Both the position numbers and the translations under genes were made by a program. Shown here piece by piece: positions 59,219 to 64,000 of a stretch of 64,000 nt of DNA. Each line of letters starts with the position of its first letter. The stretch's first letter is position 1. The stretch covers positions 96,382 to 160,381 of the forward strand of contig JANYJZ010000030.1 of assembly GCA_025358305.1 (NCBI GenBank). Direction: 5' to 3'. The notes under the pieces were generated by a model, which did no database searches, was not told where the DNA came from, and was given only the letters and a program-made list of their open reading frames with translations. The DNA is from Ignavibacteriota bacterium (GTDB lineage Bacteria; Bacteroidota; Ignavibacteria; UBA10030; SZUA-254).

Positions 59219-62200
59219 TCACTTCTTCCTCTCCGATGGCTTCAGGATGACCGCGGGCACGTCAAGGGTCTTCACGAGCGCGTTGAACGCCGAGAGCTCG
59301 GTCGTCATCGCGGTCTTGTATCGTTCGAGAAGCCCGTCAAGCTTGCCCGATAGCTCCTGGTAGACGTCATACGTCTGCTGCGTGGGCTTGGCGTCTGCGC
59401 TGGATGCGACGCCGGAAAGCGTCGCGATCTTGTCGTTGAGCTTGATGGGGTAGTTCAGCGCATCCTGGCCGGCCTTGATCTTCACCTGGAGGATATCCTC
59501 CTCCACCGCCTTGAGCTTGTCGTTCAACCTCTTGGCGGCATGCGATACGGAGTCCTTCGCCGGATGTTTTTCCATGCGGCTCACGAGATCGTTCGTCTGC
59601 GCGCGGATGTTGCGGATCATGTTCACCGCCTCATGCGCGTCGCTCACTTTGTCACGGACCTTCATGAGAAAATCGAATTGTTCCTTGAACTCCGCGTCGG
59701 TCGTCGCGATGCGCGGATCCTTTCGGATCTCGAACGGCTTCGTCCAGCTCTTCTTGCCGACCGAGAGGCGCACCTGATACGTCCCCGGCACCGCCTGAGG
59801 TCCCGACGTCGTGCCACTCCACATGATCGCCCCCGGTACCTTTACGGCATCGGCGTAGCGCATGTCCCATTCAAAGCGGTTCATGCCGGAATCGGCCGGC
59901 GCGATCTCCTCATCGTCGTCCCCCCCGCCGGGAACGGCGTGTTTTACCGTCGGCTTCCCGAGGAACGATTTGATGAGCGTTCCCGACTGGTCAAGGAATT
60001 CGAGACGCACCGTGTCCTTCGGTGCATTCTTCAGCCGGTAGGTCACGACGACACCGCTCGGCGGATTCTTTCCGAGCGCGAGGCCCGGCCGGTCGAAGCT
60101 GAATCCCCCGATGCGGTAGGTCTCGCGCGGCTGGAAGAGATAGGCCGCTGACGAGGCGATGCTGTCATTCATCTGATAGAGGTGCGTGAGATCGTCCAAG
60201 ATCCAAAACGACCTGCCGTGCGTCGCCGCCACGAGCTCCTTGTCCCGCTTCTGGATGGCGAGATCGTGGACCGGAGTGGCCGGGAGGTTGCACTGGAGGG
60301 GCTGCCAGAGCTCCCCGTCGTTGAAGGAGACGTAGACTCCCCGTTCCGTTCCGGCGTAGAGAAGGCCTTTGCGGTTCGGGTCTTCGCGCACGACATGCGT
60401 GAACTCCTTGTCGGGGATCCCGCGGACGATCTTCCTCCATGAGCCGCCGAAATCCGTCGTCTTATAGATGTACGGCTGGAAATCGTCAAGCTTGTACCTG
60501 TTCACCGCGACGTACGCCGTTCCCGCATCGTGCGGGGAGGGATCGATGATGCTCACCATGCTCCATGCCGGGACATCGCGCGGCGTGACGTTCTTCCACG
60601 ATGTGCCGTCGTCGGTCGACACGTGGATGAGCCCGTCGTCGGAACCCGACCAGAGCACACCCTGCCGAACGGGTGATTCCGCGAATGCGAAGATCGTGCC
60701 GTAGTATTCGACGCTCGTATTGTCCTTCGTGATCGGGCCTCCGGACGAACCGAGCTTCGAGGTGTCGTTGCGGGTGAGATCGGGGCTGATCCGTTCCCAG
60801 CTCGATCCTTCGTTCTTGCTCCGGAAGACGTAGTTCGCCGTCGCATAGAGCGCGTGCGGCGCGAACGTCGATACGACGATCGGATAGGTCCATTGGAACC
60901 GGTATTTTGCCGTGGCGGCTCCGCCGCCCATCGGGTTATCGGGCCACACGGAGATGTTTCGCTCCTGATCAGTGCTCTTGACGTACCGCGAGAGGTAGCC
61001 GTCGTAGCTCCCGGCGTAGACGACATCGGCATTGGTGGGGTCCACCGCGATATAACCGCTCTCTCCGCCGCCGACGGGATACCAGTCGGTGCGGTCGATG
61101 CCAAAGCCGGTCGTTCTGCTCGCAATCCTGAGCGTACTGTTGTCCTGCTGTGCGCCGTAGACGTTGTACGGGAACTCGTTATCGAGGGCGACATGGTAGA
61201 ACTGCGCGGTCGGTATGTCTTCCTCCGTCCAGGTTCGTCCTCCGTTGAACGACACGGTGGCGCCGCCGTCGTTCCCTTCGATCATACGCTGCGGGTCATT
61301 TGGATCGATCCAAAGGTCGTGGTTGTCGCCGTGCGGCACGGAGATGTTGGAAAGGGTCTTCCCGCCGTCGATCGATTTATGGAACCCCACGTTGAGGATG
61401 TAGACGACCTCGGGGTTCTTGGGGTCGGCATAGACGTGAGAGTAGTACCACGCGCGCTGCCGCAGACGCCTGTCCTCGTTCACCTTCGTCCAGTTCTTCC
61501 CCGCGTCGTCGGAGCGGAAGAGCCCGCCCTCGTCGGACTCGACGATAGCCCAGACGCGTCCGGCTTGCGCCGGCGAGGCTGCGATGCCGATTTTTCCTTT
61601 GATCCCCTTCGGGAGCCCCTCCTTCTCGCCGAGCTCCTTCCACGTGTCTCCGCCGTCGGTCGACTTGTACAGTCCGCTTCCCGGCCCGCCGCTCGACATG
61701 CTCCAGGGGTTGCGGGACGCTTCCCAAAGGGCCGCATAGAGGATCCGCGAGTTCGTCGGGTCCATCTCGATGTCGACGCCGCCGGTCTTCTCGTTCTTAT
61801 AGAGTACGTTTTGCCACGTCTTGCCGCCGTCCTTCGACCGGTAGATGCCCCGCTCTTTGTTCGGGCCGAAGAGGTGCCCGAAGACGGCCGCATAGACGAG
61901 ATTCTCGTCCTTCGGATGGACGACGATCTTGCTGATCGTCTGTGATTCCGCGAGGCCCGTATATTGCCAGCTCTTTCCAGCGTCGATCGATTTGTACATT
62001 CCCTCGCCGGGCATCGCGTTGCCGCGGATGCACGATTCGCCGGTCCCCGCATAGATGACGTTCGGGTCGGATGGCGCAATCGTCAGGGCGCCGACGATGC
62101 CGAGCTTCAAGAAGCCGTCGGAGACATTGATCCAGGTGATGCCGCCGTCCTCCGTCTTCCAGATTCCGCCGCCAGTGGCGCCGAAGTAGAACGTCAAGGG

Positions 62201-62431
62201 CTGGTCAGGACGACCGACAACCGCGACCGACCGACCGCCGCGGAACGGGCCGATCTCCCGCCAGTGCATCTTGCCGTAATAGCTCGTGTCGTAGACCGCA
62301 GCCGATTGGGCTACAAGGGACGGCGCAAGCGTGAGGAACGCCGCCGCTGCAAGAAGAATCAAGACGACGGGAACCAGCGCACGCGAAGCGGAAGGCCCGC
62401 GGAGTTCGCGGTAAGATGAACGGAACGACAT
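59219..62431 (-). CDS. Sortilin/Vps10-domain BNR-repeat protein (secreted, about 1070 aa)
   Basis: Signal peptide. Many Asp-box/BNR repeats (TEDGGITW, SIDAGKSW, SKDGGKTW, STDGGDTW, SDDAGKNW, SIDGGKTL, SFNGGRTW, STDDGTSW, TTDFGGSW). The size and repeat spacing match bacterial sortilin-N/VPS10 family proteins. Confidence 0.7.
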   Translation of the reverse strand: MSFRSSYRELRGPSASRALVPVVLILLAAAAFLTLAPSLVAQSAAVYDTSYYGKMHWREIGPFRGGRSVAVVGRPDQPLTFYFGATGGGIWKTEDGGITWINVSDGFLKLGIVGALTIAPSDPNVIYAGTGESCIRGNAMPGEGMYKSIDAGKSWQYTGLAESQTISKIVVHPKDENLVYAAVFGHLFGPNKERGIYRSKDGGKTWQNVLYKNEKTGGVDIEMDPTNSRILYAALWEASRNPWSMSSGGPGSGLYKSTDGGDTWKELGEKEGLPKGIKGKIGIAASPAQAGRVWAIVESDEGGLFRSDDAGKNWTKVNEDRRLRQRAWYYSHVYADPKNPEVVYILNVGFHKSIDGGKTLSNISVPHGDNHDLWIDPNDPQRMIEGNDGGATVSFNGGRTWTEEDIPTAQFYHVALDNEFPYNVYGAQQDNSTLRIASRTTGFGIDRTDWYPVGGGESGYIAVDPTNADVVYAGSYDGYLSRYVKSTDQERNISVWPDNPMGGGAATAKYRFQWTYPIVVSTFAPHALYATANYVFRSKNEGSSWERISPDLTRNDTSKLGSSGGPITKDNTSVEYYGTIFAFAESPVRQGVLWSGSDDGLIHVSTDDGTSWKNVTPRDVPAWSMVSIIDPSPHDAGTAYVAVNRYKLDDFQPYIYKTTDFGGSWRKIVRGIPDKEFTHVVREDPNRKGLLYAGTERGVYVSFNDGELWQPLQCNLPATPVHDLAIQKRDKELVAATHGRSFWILDDLTHLYQMNDSIASSAAYLFQPRETYRIGGFSFDRPGLALGKNPPSGVVVTYRLKNAPKDTVRLEFLDQSGTLIKSFLGKPTVKHAVPGGGDDDEEIAPADSGMNRFEWDMRYADAVKVPGAIMWSGTTSGPQAVPGTYQVRLSVGKKSWTKPFEIRKDPRIATTDAEFKEQFDFLMKVRDKVSDAHEAVNMIRNIRAQTNDLVSRMEKHPAKDSVSHAAKRLNDKLKAVEEDILQVKIKAGQDALNYPIKLNDKIATLSGVASSADAKPTQQTYDVYQELSGKLDGLLERYKTAMTTELSAFNALVKTLDVPAVILKPSERKK

Positions 62432-62570
62432 GGCGGTAATTCCTTCAAAATGAATAAGGAGAGGAAGCGGGTGAAATATAGGAAAGATTTGTCAAAAGGA
62501 AAAGACGATCGTCGAAGGCTTCGCGACCTTAGAATCGGGCCTTTCCAGGCAGGATGAGACATCAGCCAAT

Positions 62571-62596
62571 GCGGGTGGGCATGCGTGCCCACCCGC
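62571..62596. repeat. Perfect 11-bp stem / 4-nt loop hairpin between the YVTN and sortilin-like genes
   Basis: gcgggtgggca-tgcg-tgcccacccgc. There is no adjacent T-tract on the minus strand. Confidence 0.45.
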
Positions 62597-62682
62597 TGGT
62601 TGTAGACGAGAATCCTCTTATTTCGTCAGCACAAGAAACACCGGCATACGCTCAGACAGCCGGAGTCTTCCTGTAGCAGACT

Positions 62683-63714
62683 TCAGTGTGAGATGACGTA
62701 TAGAAAAGCGCCTGTCACGGGCCCCCGCGCTCGACGACCGGATGGATCCGGTTTGGCGTCGGCTGGCGGCGGGCCGTATGTCGGTTGGAACAGATATGCC
62801 ACATGCTTCACGGGATCGACCGAGATCGTCTTCGCGCCCCGTGCGGTCGCCACCGTGGCCACGGTCGTATATGTGTCGGGCGAATCCTCATGGACGATCG
62901 TCACGCTGCTATCCCTGCCCGCAGGAAGATAGATCAACTTCTCACTCGGATCCCAACCCAACGCATCCACCCCGTCGCCGTTCTTGATCGTTGCGACGAT
63001 CTTGCCCGTGAGCGCGTTGAGGACCGCCGACGTCTTACCGCATCCCGTAAAGATCCTGTCGGTCGTACGATCGTAGGCGATGCCGGTCGGTCCGTCCAAT
63101 GAATCCAGCGGCCAGGATGAGAGGACCTTCATCTCTTTGGCGTCGAGCACCTGGATGGTATTCTTCCCCTCGTTGTTGACGAAGAGCTTCCCTTTCCCGT
63201 CGCTCGCCGCGCCTTCCGGTGCGGTGTCCTCCAGCTCGGCCTGTCCGGTGATCGCGCCTGACACCGGGTCGATCGCGACCGCCGTCCCCGGTTTGCTGTG
63301 ATTGGTTAGAATGACCCGGTTGGTGAAATCGTCGTACATGATGCCGTCAAGACCGCCGACGGCGACCTTGATCTTCTTGACGACGGCGAGCGTCTTCAGA
63401 TCGAACATTGTTACGGTGGAATCACCGCGATTGGTGGTGAAGCCGTGATTTGCAGCGGGGACAAGCGCGATACCATGCGTGCTCGGTGTCTCTGGGATAT
63501 CCCCGATGACCGTCCCTTTGATCCCGTCGAGGACCATGACGTGCGTTCCGCGCGACACGAAGACCCGGCCGGTCCCGGGCTCCGCCGTGAGGTAATCCGT
63601 TCCGCCCTCACCGCCAATGCTGAATTTCTGAACCTTGAATGTTTGCGCCACCGAGGGCGTCGTGAGGCTCGACATCGCGACGATCGCAACGGCAACTCCA
63701 AAGTACCATTTCAT
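62683..63714 (-). CDS. YVTN-family beta-propeller repeat protein (YncE-like), secreted
   Basis: Signal peptide. Repeats of about 40 residues with the pattern G..P.GIA..P....VYV.N.....V.VID; for example TGRVFVSRGTHVMVLD and NRVILTNHSKPGTAVAID. Confidence 0.65.
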   Translation of the reverse strand: MKWYFGVAVAIVAMSSLTTPSVAQTFKVQKFSIGGEGGTDYLTAEPGTGRVFVSRGTHVMVLDGIKGTVIGDIPETPSTHGIALVPAANHGFTTNRGDSTVTMFDLKTLAVVKKIKVAVGGLDGIMYDDFTNRVILTNHSKPGTAVAIDPVSGAITGQAELEDTAPEGAASDGKGKLFVNNEGKNTIQVLDAKEMKVLSSWPLDSLDGPTGIAYDRTTDRIFTGCGKTSAVLNALTGKIVATIKNGDGVDALGWDPSEKLIYLPAGRDSSVTIVHEDSPDTYTTVATVATARGAKTISVDPVKHVAYLFQPTYGPPPADAKPDPSGRRARGPVTGAFLYVISH

Positions 63715-63846
63715 GGGAACCTCCTATAGGATTGAGAGAGCTCTATGAACATACCCAATTTGCGTCTCAATCTCAACTCTGCGTCTGCGGACGACGGAAG
63801 CGTGATTTCCTGTTTGAAAATGGACCGGGAAATCCTACATTAGCCA

Positions 63847-64000
63847 ATGCGCACACGCAATGCACAATCAGACTGGCCGGCCATTCTGGCCCCGCTTCTT
63901 TCACGCTACGCCAGCCGGAAACATCCGCTCGAATACCGCGGCCGGTACCAGCTTCTCGTCATGGTCGTCCTCTCGTCGAGAACGACGGACAAGAGCGTCA
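63847..64000 (+). CDS. nth: Endonuclease III (Nth), 5' end only, truncated at the window edge
   Basis: Translation MRTRNAQSDWPAILAPLLSRYASRKHPLEYRGRYQLLVMVVLSSRTTDKSV matches the Nth N-terminus pattern ...PHP.tEL.f..pfeLLvavlLSaqtTDvsVN. The ATG at 63847 is preceded by an in-frame TAG. Confidence 0.6.
   Translation, partial: MRTRNAQSDWPAILAPLLSRYASRKHPLEYRGRYQLLVMVVLSSRTTDKSV

Overview
The window is a high-GC (about 65%) bacterial chromosomal segment with dense coding, mostly on the minus strand from about 27.5 kb to 63.7 kb. Two proteins end in the C-terminal sorting domain of the type IX secretion system (T9SS), and a TonB-dependent receptor sits next to a DUF4249 lipoprotein. Together these point to a high-GC member of the Fibrobacteres-Chlorobi-Bacteroidetes (FCB) group, possibly Rhodothermaeota- or Gemmatimonadota-like, but the lineage is not certain. 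I found no CRISPR array, rRNA gene, transposase or integrase.

Content in order along the window:
- a truncated amidohydrolase
- an OPT oligopeptide transporter next to peptidase T
- a czcCBA-like metal efflux operon (outer membrane factor, membrane fusion protein, RND pump) convergent with a cation-diffusion-facilitator gene
- tRNA-Asn
- an operon of an LpxH-like metallophosphoesterase, two paralogous MGDG-synthase/UgtP-like GT28 glycosyltransferases and a small Cys/His-rich ORF
- clpC
- two periplasmic PD40 beta-propeller proteins and a Ser/Thr kinase with a TolB-N-like periplasmic domain and TPR repeats
- a TonB-dependent receptor and a DUF4249 lipoprotein
- a sigma-54 activator with a GAF domain, followed by a glycan-utilisation cluster without Sus genes (GH36 alpha-galactosidase, GH38 alpha-mannosidase, outer-membrane beta-barrel, four-gene sugar ABC transporter)
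- an ABC-F ATPase
- two T9SS cargo proteins: an S15/CocE-NonD hydrolase, and a CotH kinase-like domain fused to BNR repeats
- an alkaline-phosphatase-family protein, an M61 peptidase with a PDZ domain, and a SAM-dependent methyltransferase
- a signalling cluster of two GAF-PP2C phosphatases (one with a cNMP-binding domain) flanking a tandem ABM-domain protein
- a GT4 glycosyltransferase, a small membrane protein, a nitrilase-superfamily hydrolase, a cold-shock protein with a structured leader, a thioesterase, a sortilin/Vps10 BNR protein, a YVTN beta-propeller protein, and the start of nth

No canonical defence or mobile system is visible. The most unusual candidates are the CotH-BNR T9SS cargo protein, the GAF-PP2C/ABM signalling cluster, the glycolipid operon with its small Cys/His protein, and the csp leader hairpin. 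All functional calls rest on motif-level recognition by eye; no database search was run.
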